This document shows positions 1-10,321 of a stretch of DNA of 64,000 bases, one piece after another. The notes beneath the pieces are model-generated. The model saw only the letters and a program-made list of their open reading frames with translations. It had not been told where the DNA came from and ran no database searches. The DNA comes from Camelus dromedarius (Eukaryota), in NCBI RefSeq assembly GCF_036321535.1, contig NC_087438.1, forward strand, positions 7,008,001 to 7,072,000, read 5' to 3'. A program made the position numbers and the translations under genes. Within the stretch, counting starts at the first letter, position 1; the number at the start of each line of letters is the position of its first letter.

Positions 1-503
1 CATGGGTCAAAATTTCATAATCCATGTTAGAGAATAAAACAGCAAGAAAAAGAGAATTTCCAAAAGAGATTTATTTCAAGGCAGTGGGGTGGGACTCACT
101 GCAGACTCAAATGAGGGGAAAGAATTATGGGCTAATTTTGCTAAGGAAAACGGAAACCATTAAAATTATTTAAGGGAACTGAAGAAATGCAAAATCAAAC
201 CAAGTAAGGAGGGAAGTCAGTGCCATCTCAGCGAGACTGAGGGCTTCACTCAACTCACAGTTACTTCAGTAACTGGTAAGAGTTAACTTGACCCAGGAGG
301 ACACAGGGTGCAAGTTCATCCCATTGGAAGGGTGTGGTCTAGGAGTCCCAGTAGTTCCCCATGGATGATTATTAAAAGGCTCCATATGTCCACCTGAAGC
401 ACCAGAAGACTGGCGCATCCAGAGCATGGAACTCAGACGAAATTCTCCTAGAGAGAAGTGACATCTTTCTGCTAAGGCTGTGAACCCCATACATCTGGAA
501 TGG

Positions 504-877
504 TGTATTAGCTCAGGCTCTCATAACAAAACACCATGGACTGAATGACTTAAAGAACAGATTTGTATTTCTCACAGTTCTGGAGGATGGAAGTCCAAGA
601 TCAAGGCACCCACATGGTCAGGTACGGGTGAAGACCCTCTTTCTGGCTTGCAGATGATGCCTTTGTCTTCACATAGATGAGAGAGGACAGAAGGAGAGAG
701 ATAGCTCTCTGTATCTCTTCTTTAAAGGACACTAATCCCATCTTGAGGGCTCCACACTCATGACCTCATCTAAAACTAATTATCTCCTAAAGGCCTCACC
801 TCCTAATGTCATCACATTGAGTATTAGGGCTTCAAAGTATGAATTTGAGGGGTGGGGACACAATTCAGTCCATAACA
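504..877 (-). mobile_element. MaLR solo LTR, MLT1A-like
   Basis: TGTATTAG...CAATTCAGTCCATAACA termini; internal TTTCTCACAGTTCTGGAGG..GAAGTCCAAGATCAAGG typical of reverse-oriented MLT1. Confidence 0.85.
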
Positions 878-1029
878 AACTGTAAAACTGTTTTTTTGGT
901 GAGTGTCTCATTTACTCTTGGAAGATGTTAAGATGTATATAATCTATCTTGAAATAGTGCAATGCAATGTGTCAGTTTAAGTGACCCCTTAGGCACAGTC
1001 GGTTGCCTTATGGAGAACCCCAGCCTGAG

Positions 1030-1663
1030 GTCAGCATTCTACCAACAAGCCCACTGTACACCAAGAAGGCTACAGCAAAAGACCCAAATCTCCATCAACA
1101 CCCAAGATTTTTCTCATTAACATAGAAAGAGTCTGAAGGGGATTTTGTTAGTAAAATTAGTGGTACGCAAGTTAATGTGATTAAGTAAAATATGTTAGTA
1201 ACAATCCCCACACTTCATGAACAGGATAGAGGAAGCCAGTAAATAATGTCACCAACTTTTTATATCTTAAGACTCCCATGTCCACCATCAAGTTGGGAGA
1301 CATCTGTGGATAACATCATATCTTCCTCAGGTGAACTTCTGTGCAACATGGTCAGACCACCCACAAGATAGAGAAATGGGACTTCATGAGCTCACAGGCT
1401 TGATCATAGGAGTTTGTTTAATAAATATCCATATGGAGGGTAGAGTCAGGTTTGAGACCTGCTCCTATCACCTGGTTGGACCATCACCATCCACCTAAAA
1501 ATACCTGAGAGCTTCTGACAATCAGAGGACACCCAGCTCCCAAAAGAAGGTTAGAGTACAGATGCTTGTTTGCTACACTGAGGAATAAACATTGTATGTT
1601 ATACTGAGGAATATCCTGTGAGTGTTTGGTATTTAAAGTGTTTCGGGATAATTTGCCCTATCA
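1030..1663 (+). mobile_element. Possible old ERV 3' end plus LTR (LTR ~1146-1663)
   Basis: Purine tract GAAGGGGA (1135-1142) just before TGTTAG; AATAAA near 1584; ends ...CCCTATCA. Family not recognised. Confidence 0.4.
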
Positions 1664-1732
1664 GAACCAATGGATTCCCTTGGTGATTCCATTAAAATGT
1701 GCATCTTATTTTCGACTTGAGATTTTAAGCTG

Positions 1733-2050
1733 AAAGGTTTAAAAGAATTTGGCTAGGTTTGTAAACAGGGCTGGAATGCTTAAGAGAAGTTGAGATTTAC
1801 TATATCCATAAGTTTAATTTATGACTTTAACTACAGAGGCAAAATCAAATATATTATATTTAGAAATGCAGTAAAAATGTTTAAAGGAATTTAATTAACT
1901 AAGTTGTAAACAGGGCTGATTATTTAAGGTAGTCTGGTCTGTCCAACTGAAACACTAATAAAAGCACCCTTGAATAGGACTGTTAAAATTCACTGGATTT
2001 ATAAAAAGAACAATAAGATTTATAAGCAGGGCTGACAAGCTTAAGGAAAA
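1733..2050. repeat. Three diverged copies of a ~55-bp unit
   Basis: Core TGTAAACAGGGCTG at 1760-1773 and 1905-1918, TATAAGCAGGGCTG at 2021-2034. Each is preceded by a TAAA(A/G)GAA-like tract and followed by TTAAG. Confidence 0.7.
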
Positions 2051-2333
2051 CAAAACTTGTACTTTTTTTATTTGAATAAATTGAATGTTAATCTAAAACC
2101 CCAAATAAATGTAAGCCATCCCTTTTAGGGGGAAAAAGCCACCTTAAAGACCAAAAAACTCTTATCAACAAATCAGAAGTTATGAATTGTTGTTCACTTA
2201 AATATGGGCATGATTTTCCCACAAAAATAATCAGCTTTCAAGGACAGTTGTTACCCAACTTTTTGACTATACACCCCTAACAGGAAAACACTTGAAAATA
2301 TATCTTTGGAATATGTATATTTATTGACACACC

Positions 2334-2715
2334 GTGGGCAGAGGCACGGGGTCCTGAGAGACAGTGCCAGGAGCTCTCTTAGGTGAAGGACTCGATGTCC
2401 AGCTACTCAAAGACAGACCTTTCAGGGATGATGGTCCAGAAAGGTGAGATCTTTCAGGGATGTCTCAGCTGCACAGAGCCTCCTGGCTGACTGCTTGTGC
2501 CCCTCAGAGTAGCCCCCATCCAGAGACTCTTCTCAGCGGGTGTGGAAAGGACTGGCCAGCTGGGTCCAGCTCTGGACAGATCTGAAGGGTCATCCAGCAC
2601 CCAAGTTCCACACGTGGCTGGCTGTGGCCACCACAGCCATCCTGCTTCCTTCGAGTGCCCCTAAGTAAACATCCTACACACTCTACTGCTTCCTGGAAAC
2701 TCAAACCGTACCACA
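2334..2715 (+). mobile_element. ERVL solo LTR, LTR16C-like
   Basis: TGAAGGACTC, TCTCAGCTG..AGAGCC, TCTGAAGGGTCATCCAGC, ATCCTGCTTCCTTC and TGCTTCCTGGAAAC match the remembered LTR16 consensus. Confidence 0.75.
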
Positions 2716-2964
2716 AACTATGTGCACAAACCCCTCAGTGGCTTTATTCAACATTAGCCAAGTTTAATATCCTTCTGATTTTAGCATCTTCAGACTGGGA
2801 AACCAAGGTGAGGAGACCAGAATTCCGGTGGGCCTTAAAGTACGGATAATTGAGAGATTCCCTGCTAGATGGTCTGTGACGGCCAGAAAAATACTCATCA
2901 TAGGCTACATAACATCGTATTGCAGTCAAAGACTTTTTTTCACACATTACCATCTCTGACTCAC

Positions 2965-3002
2965 CTCCTGGCTGGGCAGTAGTCCTGTGTCATCGCCAGT
3001 GA
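2965..3002 (-). other. Candidate 38-nt exon
   Basis: Minus strand: ttttttggtgtttgctcctatgcag|TCACTGGCGATGACACAGGACTACTGCCCAGCCAGGAG|gtgagt; lies in non-repeat sequence. Splice signals only. Confidence 0.35.
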
Positions 3003-3189
3003 CTGCATAGGAGCAAACACCAAAAAACTACCAGCATCAAAGCCTGCAGGGTGGACGTCTGCTTCCAAAAGGGAATAGATGCGGTTTTTTTTTCAATTCC
3101 TTTCACTAGGTAAAAATTAAAACCCTGGACATTAAATTTAAAACAAATGTAAGGAGACTCTAAATGGTAAAGAGAAGGCAGGCAAATTA

Positions 3190-3935
3190 TGATCAATCTC
3201 CAAAGAATTATGCTGAGTGAAAAAAAAAAAAAACCTCAAAAGGTTACATACTATGTGATCCATTTACAATGATCCTCCCTTATCCACAGGGATATGTTCT
3301 AAGACCAGCCCTAGACCAGTGGATGCCTGAAATCACAGAGAGTACCAAACCCCATATACGTTATGTTTTATCCTGTACTAATGGGTGGCTAGTGTATAGA
3401 GCATGGATATGCTGGGAAAAGGGATGGTTCACATCCCAGCCAGGATGGAGACGGTCAGCGAGAGATTTCCTCATGCTACTCAGAAGGGTGTACAATTTAA
3501 AACTTATGAATTATCTCTGGAATTTTCCTTTTAATAATTTCAGACTGCAGTTGAATGCAGATAATTGAAACCACAGGCAGCAAAACCACAGGTAAGAGGG
3601 TACTACTATATACAATGTTCTCAAAATGACAAAATTTTAGAAATGGAGAATAGTGAGTGGCTGCCAGGGATTGAGGAGATGATGGGGGTGGGAGGGAAGT
3701 GGCTGTGGCTAAAAAGGGACAGCAGGAGGGGCCCTGATGGTGATGGAAATTCTCTATGTCTTGACTGTATCTGTGTCCCTGTCCTGGTTGTGATGTTGCA
3801 CCATCGTTTGCAAGATGCTGCCACTGGGGAGAACTGAGTAAGGGGGACACTGGATCTTTCTATATTATTTTCTACAACTGCATATGAATCTCCATTATCT
3901 TAAAATAAGAGGTTTCATTTGGGAAAAAAAAAAAA
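3190..3935 (+). mobile_element. Old L1 3' end (L1MB/L1MC type), interrupted by MER44
   Basis: AATCTC..AATTATGCTGAGTGAAAAAA..AAAAGGTTACATACTATGTGAT, resuming at 3611 with CAAAATGACAAAATT..AGAAATGGAGAA; A tail at end. Confidence 0.8.
3267..3608 (-). mobile_element. MER44A/Tigger7-like MITE
   Basis: Imperfect TIRs CAATGATCCTCCCTTATCCAC / GGTAAGAGGGGTACTACTA with TA on both sides; GTGGATGCCTGAAA and CAATTTAAAACTTATGAATT internal motifs. Confidence 0.85.
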
Positions 3936-4096
3936 CTTTCAGGTTGGATGTTAGCCATTTAGAAGAAAAGCCTACAGATGAAGTAGGATACTTTTTAACC
4001 CCTAGGATCCAAATAGTTGTCAGGAGGGGTTTGAGATGGTAAATCTCATGTGTTTGGGGGTTTTCCCAAACTTGTCATCAAAAGCAAGTGAGTTCT

Positions 4097-5736
4097 CAGA
4101 GATGGATTTACCATGAAACTAATCACGTTTAAGCTTCTGGGCTCCTCACTTGCAGGGGACCCTACTGAGGACCTAAGATGTAGCCTAGTAGTATAATCGC
4201 ATGAGTAAAATCTGCAAAGGTTAGATATTCAACCAGTAGTGGTGAGGACCATGGTCTCCTTTTACCCTGACGTGTCCCCATCTCCATTCTCCTCATGTCA
4301 GGTAGGGACCTTGTTAAGGAGAAACTGAACAGGAAAAACGGGTGGTAGTTGAGGTTTGATGAGGTTTACATGGCTCACGGTCACTTGGAAGTTTAACTCA
4401 GTCATCACTAGTCATCCCTCTATAGGAATGCTTCCAGGTCTTCCCCTCCACCCACTGTGTCACCCCTCTCAGCATCCTGGCACAACGATGTAGGGCCAGA
4501 GGTGGCCCTGCTAACAGACTGAATTGTGTCCCTCCCCAACTCCCTCAAATTCATAGATTGAAGCCCTGGCTCCCAGTGTGGGCCTTTCAGGAGGTGATTA
4601 AGGTTAAATGAGGTCATAAGGGTGGCGCCCTAATCCAATAGGACTGGTGTCCTTGTAAGAAGAGGAAGAGACACCAGGGATACCTGTGCAAAAAGAAAAG
4701 GCCACGTGAAGACACAGCAAGAAGGCAGTGGTCTGCCAGCCAAGGAGAGAGGCCGCAAGAGAAACCAAACCTGCAGACACCTTGATTTTGGACTTCCTGT
4801 CTCCAGAACTGTGAGAGGATATGTTTCTGGCGTTTCAGCTGCCCTCTCTGTGGTGTTTTTCTATGGCCGCTGGAGCAAACTAATACAGCTCCAATGCCTC
4901 AAGCATGGGGGGCGGGTGAGGGGAAAACAAGCTTACAAATGGACCAGCCAAAAGCTAGTCCGCACACGTCTCTTCCAGTCATCAAAGGTATAAAACTGTA
5001 AGCAGAGCGCTCGGCTATCATCAATCCAAATCCACGTGGACGTGCTCTTCTGTAGGGAAACTGAACAAAGAAATGTGTACAACTGGAAACAAACCTCATC
5101 TTTTTATGAAAATCACACAGTTTACTGTGTGATTATTATTCCTCTGTTTTAAGAGAACAGACATGTAACGGTGCCCTGAACGGCAAGAGCTGCAGACATC
5201 CCCGTGGGCGAAGTTTCAGACACACCGGTACCTGAGGCGGCTTTTTAGTGTAACAACAGCATCTTGTCCTGATGGAATCTGGCAGTCTCCTATAAAATGG
5301 CATGGAAAACTGAACCAAAGCAGTGAAAGAGTCTGGAGGATCGAGGGTCCCAATGACGAAAACTGCTTCTCACAAGGAACAATAAGTCAATTTGATAACT
5401 ACTACGTCGTAACTCAATACAACGCAGCAACCACTGAGCATGCAGCCAAAACTAGCAGGAAACAGAACATCGCAGAGGCAGGTCAAGCAGTCAATTAATG
5501 AAAGTATTTATGTTATTTGGGGGTTATTTTGGAACGTTTGTGGTATTTGACAGCTTTTGATTAAAAAATTTGACTTTGCAAATTTGTTAGTATTTTGTAG
5601 TATTTATTTTCTCATTCTAAATTTCTCGTTAATGATCATACCTAATTTTGTATTTATGAGTTTGTGCTCTTTTTTTGAAAGCCTCCTTCCCTAAATTTTA
5701 TAAACTTCAGTCCCCCATCACCTAGGTCCATCCCTG
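4097..5736 (+). mobile_element. Arthur1-like hAT-Tip100 DNA transposon relic, interrupted by MLT1
   Basis: 5' end CAGAGATGGATTTACCATGAAACTAAT..AAGCTTC; 3' end CCTAATTTTGTATT..AAACTTCAG..CCTAGGTCCATCCCTG. Internal 4920-5480 resembles the remembered Arthur1 consensus. Confidence 0.75.
4509..4887 (+). mobile_element. MaLR solo LTR, MLT1B-like
   Basis: TGCTAACAGACTGAATTGTGTCCC...ATTAAGGTTAAATGAGGTCATAAGGGTGG...CCTAATCCAATAGGACTGGTGTCCTT...AAACTAATACA. Confidence 0.9.
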
Positions 5737-5829
5737 CTAAATCTATATGTTGACAGAGCCAGGTGAGAGCCAGCACCAACAGTTTTAGTTATTCTAAGAA
5801 AAGGTGCATGCATCTTCACTGTCCTTGAT

Positions 5830-5851
5830 AACACACACACACACACACACA
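5830..5851. repeat. (AC)n microsatellite
   Basis: Direct read, about 10 units. Confidence 0.9.
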
Positions 5852-6049
5852 AAAAGACTTTCTTTGTCAAGGAAGTGATTTTAAAAAGTCAAATTTTGGA
5901 TGGGAAGATTTTCTAAGGAAAGCTGTAGCAATTCTTCATGTATTTTTTTTCCTTCTTACTCTACGAACATGCTCACTATATGGTAAAAATCTAAGTCCAA
6001 TCTTCTTTCAACAAATGTAAAATAAAATGTTAATGTGATTGAGAAGCAC

Positions 6050-6141
6050 TGTATCCGTTTTATTGGCAGCATTTCTTTTCTTAGTGATACATAAAAAGGC
6101 ACGTCTTACAAGTGATGGCATCTGAGATTGGATAAAATACA
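6050..6141 (+). mobile_element. MER104/Kanga-like (TcMar-Tc2) fragment
   Basis: ATTGGCAGCATTTCTTTTCTTAGTGATACATAAAA..GTCTTACAAGTGATGGCATCTGAGATTGGATAAAATAC. Confidence 0.65.
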
Positions 6142-6304
6142 CAAGTGTGTGTGTGAAGCAGTTTTAATTTACAATCTGGGAGTGGTTTGCCAACATATTA
6201 AATATCCTAATCAGGAATCTACACTCCAGAGGCAGTTCCTTCATATTTGAAAGATCCTTTTCAGAAACCCACAATGCAGTCTTAACTATCACACTCTGAC
6301 TCTA

Positions 6305-6625
6305 CTGAAGGGCATTATGCTAAGTGAAATAAGTCAGACAGAGAAAGACAATACTGTAAGATATCACTTACATGTGGAATCTAAAAATAATACAACAAAT
6401 TTGTGAGTATAACAGAAAAGAAACAGACTCACAGATGTAGAGAAGGAACTAGTGGTTACCAGTGGGGAGAGGGAAGGGGGAGGGGCAAGATGGAGGTGGA
6501 GGATTAAGAGGTACAAACTATCAGGTATAAAATAAGTTACAAAGGTGTGTTGTACAACACAATGAATACAGCCAGTATTTTATAATAACTATAAATGAAG
6601 TGTAACCTTTAAAAATGGTGAACTA
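6305..6625 (+). mobile_element. L1 3' UTR, older subfamily, lacking its last ~60 bp
   Basis: GGCATTATGCTAAGTGAAATAAGTCAGACAGAGAAAGACAA..GAGGTACAAACTA..ATAACTATAAATG. Confidence 0.9.
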
Positions 6626-7222
6626 ATAGCCAAGACATGGAAACAGCCTAAGTGTCCATCAACAGATGATTGGATAAAGAAGATGTGGTATATTCATACA
6701 ATGGAATACTATTCAGCCATAAAAACTGACAACGTAACGCCATGTGCAGCAACATGGATGCTCCTGGAGAACGTCATTCTAAGTGAAGTAAGCCAGAAAG
6801 AGAAAGAAAAATACCATATGAGATCACTCATATGTGGAATCTAACAAAAAAACAAAAACAAACAAACAAAACATAAATACAAAAGAGAAACAGACTCATA
6901 GACATAGACTACAAACTTGTGGTTGCCAAGGGGGCGGGGAGTGGGAAGGGATAGACTGGGATTTCAAAATGTAGAATAAACAAGATTATACTGTATAGCA
7001 CAGGGAAATATATACAAGATCTTATGGTAGCTCACAGAGAAAAAAATGTGACAATGAATATATATATGTTCCTATATAATTGAAAAATTGTGCTCTACAC
7101 TGGGATTTGACACAACATTGTAAAATAATTATAAGTCAATTTAAAAAGTTAAAAAATTATATTAAAAAATGCATAGATTAAAAAATAAATTTAAAAATAT
7201 ATATACCAAAAAAAAAAAAGAA
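6626..7222 (+). mobile_element. Young L1 3' end (ORF2 tail, 3' UTR, A-rich tail)
   Basis: AATAGCCAAGACATGGAAACAGCCTAAGTGTCCATC..CAATGGAATACTATTCAGCCATAAAA..GACACAACATTGTAAA..poly(A). Confidence 0.95.
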
Positions 7223-8023
7223 AGAAACCCACAACACAGTCTTCAACTATCACACTCTGACCCTATCAGAGGGTTTGGTAATTAGCACAAAAAGTGTGAG
7301 AAATAATTTTTTGTTGGTGAAATGAGTGGTGTTCAAGGTTTGTGAATTGGGGGCTAGAAATATTTTCCAGGTACTGCTGTCCAGATACGAGCAGTGTGCG
7401 AGAGTCTGGCCAGCAGGTTGACACCACACCTACAACCTCATCAAGTCTTGGATTCTATGAAATTGCTAAGGATTCTGTTGTGTGGTCTGACCTTCAGAGA
7501 GGAGAAGGACAGACAGCTGAGACCTCCCTGTACTTCCAAGGATAGGTTTTGTGCTCTTGGCTAAACAAAGCTTGTTCGTGTGCTGGCTGAATTCATTCTG
7601 GAACTTGCTTTCAGTGTCAACACTTGGTGATGAGGTTCTAGAGGATGAAAACTAGAACCTTCACCCATCTTTGCTCTTGGGAGCAACCAGTATCCACAAA
7701 AACAGACAGCTGTGAAGACCCAACTGACCATCTGCAGCTGAGAACCTCCCCAGTTCCTGACCTGCCTTCACCGTCACCACCCTCCCAAACCAAAGCCACT
7801 TCTCTGAGCCACCAAGATTCAAGAGTCACAACCCAAGTCACGAAGCTTCGTAATCATGAAAATCACACTCCTTGGCATAATTGTATGAACAAAATGATGT
7901 TGGCCTAGGTTTAGCTTTATGGAAATTTGTTTAATTTTGCCCCAGGTAATTAGTTTATTTGTTTTCTGAATGTGGCCCAAAACTTATCCATTTGGAATCT
8001 CTGTTACTAACAGACATATAGTG

Positions 8024-8036
8024 GTTGCCTAGCAAC
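8024..8036. promoter_or_regulatory. RFX X-box motif
   Basis: GTTGCCTAGCAAC fits GTNRCC-N(0-3)-RGYAAC exactly; non-repeat context. Motif match only. Confidence 0.5.
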
Positions 8037-9499
8037 ATCACGCATTGTTATTTCTTCATCTAATTTAAAATTCTCGATTTGCAGTAAAGGTCTTCAGGGA
8101 GAAGTTATTGTTCAGGGTAGGCCAAATACCATTTTTCACTGTAGCCCATTCAATTTAGAAAAGAAATTACAGCGTACTGTTTAATCAACATAAAATGATT
8201 TGTACAAAACATTTAACATCTTCTTGAAACGTAGCTGTCTTCTTCTACTAATCAAATCTACTTAATTTATTCTAAACTTCCCCAGGGAGAGTTCCTTCCT
8301 CCTTCCATCTTTGCTCCGTCTTCCAGTCCCTCAACTTTCAAGGCGATTTGTAGATACCTTTTAGACAGGAGCTGGAAGGTCTGGGAAGGAAGATTTGGAA
8401 CCATAAGATACACTTTTATTATCCTATAATTAGTCATGGAAAGGAGCCTCCAGTTGCCAAGTCATCATTCTAATGAGTCACTAACCCAAAATTCCAACTT
8501 CATTGGAAGATACATTTAACACTGAAGTTTTCTGATATGAATGATGCAAAATTCATCAATTGTTTGCTTTCATGATAATCTGGCATCATTTCAAATACTA
8601 GGGGAGAATGTTGTTGAGGTGCCCTCCTAGAGGACAGCGGGTCACATTTTTTCACTCATTGAATAATATTTCTTGACATTAAGATTAACTTCTTGGTGAA
8701 ACACATTGGAAAGGACTCATTTTCAGAAAACAGGTGAAGGTATTTCTACAGAGTGACCCTCTCATTGTGTGTTAAGTGTACGGAAACATAAAGTGAATCA
8801 AAATGGATCTCAAAAGACACTTGATCGTGAGTGCTTGGAATTTGGAACAATCTAGAATGCAAACTCACAAATTTAGACTAATGGGGGAAAAGAACCATAA
8901 AAGTGCATAAATGGGCAAAAAATAAATGGAATATTTGAAAGGAAATGTAATTTTGTTACTACAGCCATATGGAGAAAATCTTATTTTCATAGCAGTAAAA
9001 TTTCTCCTAGGACAGACAAGATTGATTTTTGTTGACTTCAAACCTTATTAAGCTTCTTGGTTGTGGGGAGGATGCTCCCCAGGGAGTATGCTTAAATTAC
9101 AATAAAATTGATAAATCACTGGGGTGGGGGGCAGTTTATTCTTGGCTTTGGGGATTTGTTTTCAGAATGGAGATTGTGATTTGGGGGACTAAGAATAGGG
9201 GCAGCTAGCAACACCAGAAAAGGAACTTGGGAAGAAGAGTCTGGCTATCTCATGGAGGGGTTTCTGAAAGTTTACAGTAGGTAGGGAGCCAGCCCTCTCC
9301 TCCTTGGAGAGGCAGCTAAGGTCCCTGCTTAGGGGCTCACATTGGAACCAAGAACCCTTATGTTCTGATCTTAGCTGTGCTGTGTTTTCATCCTGTGACC
9401 TCAGACTGATCACACTTATCCTGGACCTTAGCATTCCCATCTGTTAAATTGGGACAGTAATTCCTCAAAATGTTATGAGCATTAAAGAGTTAATACACA

Positions 9500-9878
9500 A
9501 CAGGCAGGTTTCATGGGCTTGTGACCTGAACAGACCCACAGGCCCCCCCTCCCCACTACTGCCCTCCAACCATGCATAGAAGGGCCCTCTCCCCACCCCA
9601 CCCCTGGCTTGGTTTAATGCTCTGCTGTTATCATTGTGAGATTCCTAATCATTTTTTCTTTTCTTTTCTTTTTTTTTTTTCTGTTTTTATGGGGTGGGGT
9701 GTAATTAGGTTTATTTATTTATTTCTAGTGGAGGTGCTGGGGATTGAACCCAGGACTTTGTGCATGCTAGGCATGCACTCTACCCCTGAGCTATACCCTC
9801 CCCTCTAATCATTTTTGAACAAGGGGCCCAGTATTTTCATTTTGACCTGGGTACCATAAATTCTGTATCGGTGCCCTA
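9500..9878 (+). mobile_element. MER91A (hAT-Tip100) split by a SINE
   Basis: TTCATGGGCTTGTGACCTG..AGAAGGGCCC..CTTGGTTTAATGCTCTGCTGT..TAATCATTTTTGAACAAGGGGCCC..ATTTTCATTTTG. Confidence 0.85.
9657..9804 (-). mobile_element. Camelid tRNA-derived SINE (vic-1 type)
   Basis: Minus strand GGGGAGGGTATAGCTCAG (A box)..GTCCTGGGTTCAATCCCCAG (B box)..AAATAAATAAACCTAATTAC..A-rich tail; 12-bp TSD CTAATCATTTTT at 9645-9656 and 9805-9816. Confidence 0.9.
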
Positions 9879-10321
9879 AATGCATTATATCAAGTATTTA
9901 GAACAAGTCCTGGCCCACAGTCAGTGCTGGCTATTCTCTTTACTCCCCTTTTCCCACCACAAAATTTTAGGAAAATTCCCAAGACTCAGACATAGTAGTG
10001 AAGCTGGAAGTTGAGAACCAGCCCGGTGCACACAGCACTAATTTCCGCACTATCCCACCAGCGGGGCAGGATGAGAACACAGGCTGCCTGGGGATCCAGT
10101 CTATCCTATTGGAGCTATTTTACTTTCAAGTCTGGATAGAAACTGCATAGGCTGATAAAACATGTATGACAGAGAGGGCCTTAAGAGTCCAGTTTAATGA
10201 CTGGCTGATAGCACTTGTGATGACTACGTCGATTGTTTACACGCAAACAGGCACTTAAAAAGCAAGAAAGATCATTTGAAGATCCTTTATCCTTTTAAGG
10301 ATTTTGAATATTAGGACACCC

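Larger units (their letters stand above)
9385..9930 (+). mobile_element. MIR split by MER91A (arms ~9385-9498 and ~9880-9930)
   Basis: TGTGACCT..TTCCCATCTGTTAAATTGGGACAGTAA..GAGCATTAAAGAGTTAATAC, resuming as AAGTATTTAGAACA..CCTGGCCCACAGT. Confidence 0.65.

Noticed and set aside
8358..8380. Minus-strand 14- or 23-nt exon candidate
   Set aside because: Weak donor (gtatct) and short pyrimidine tract.
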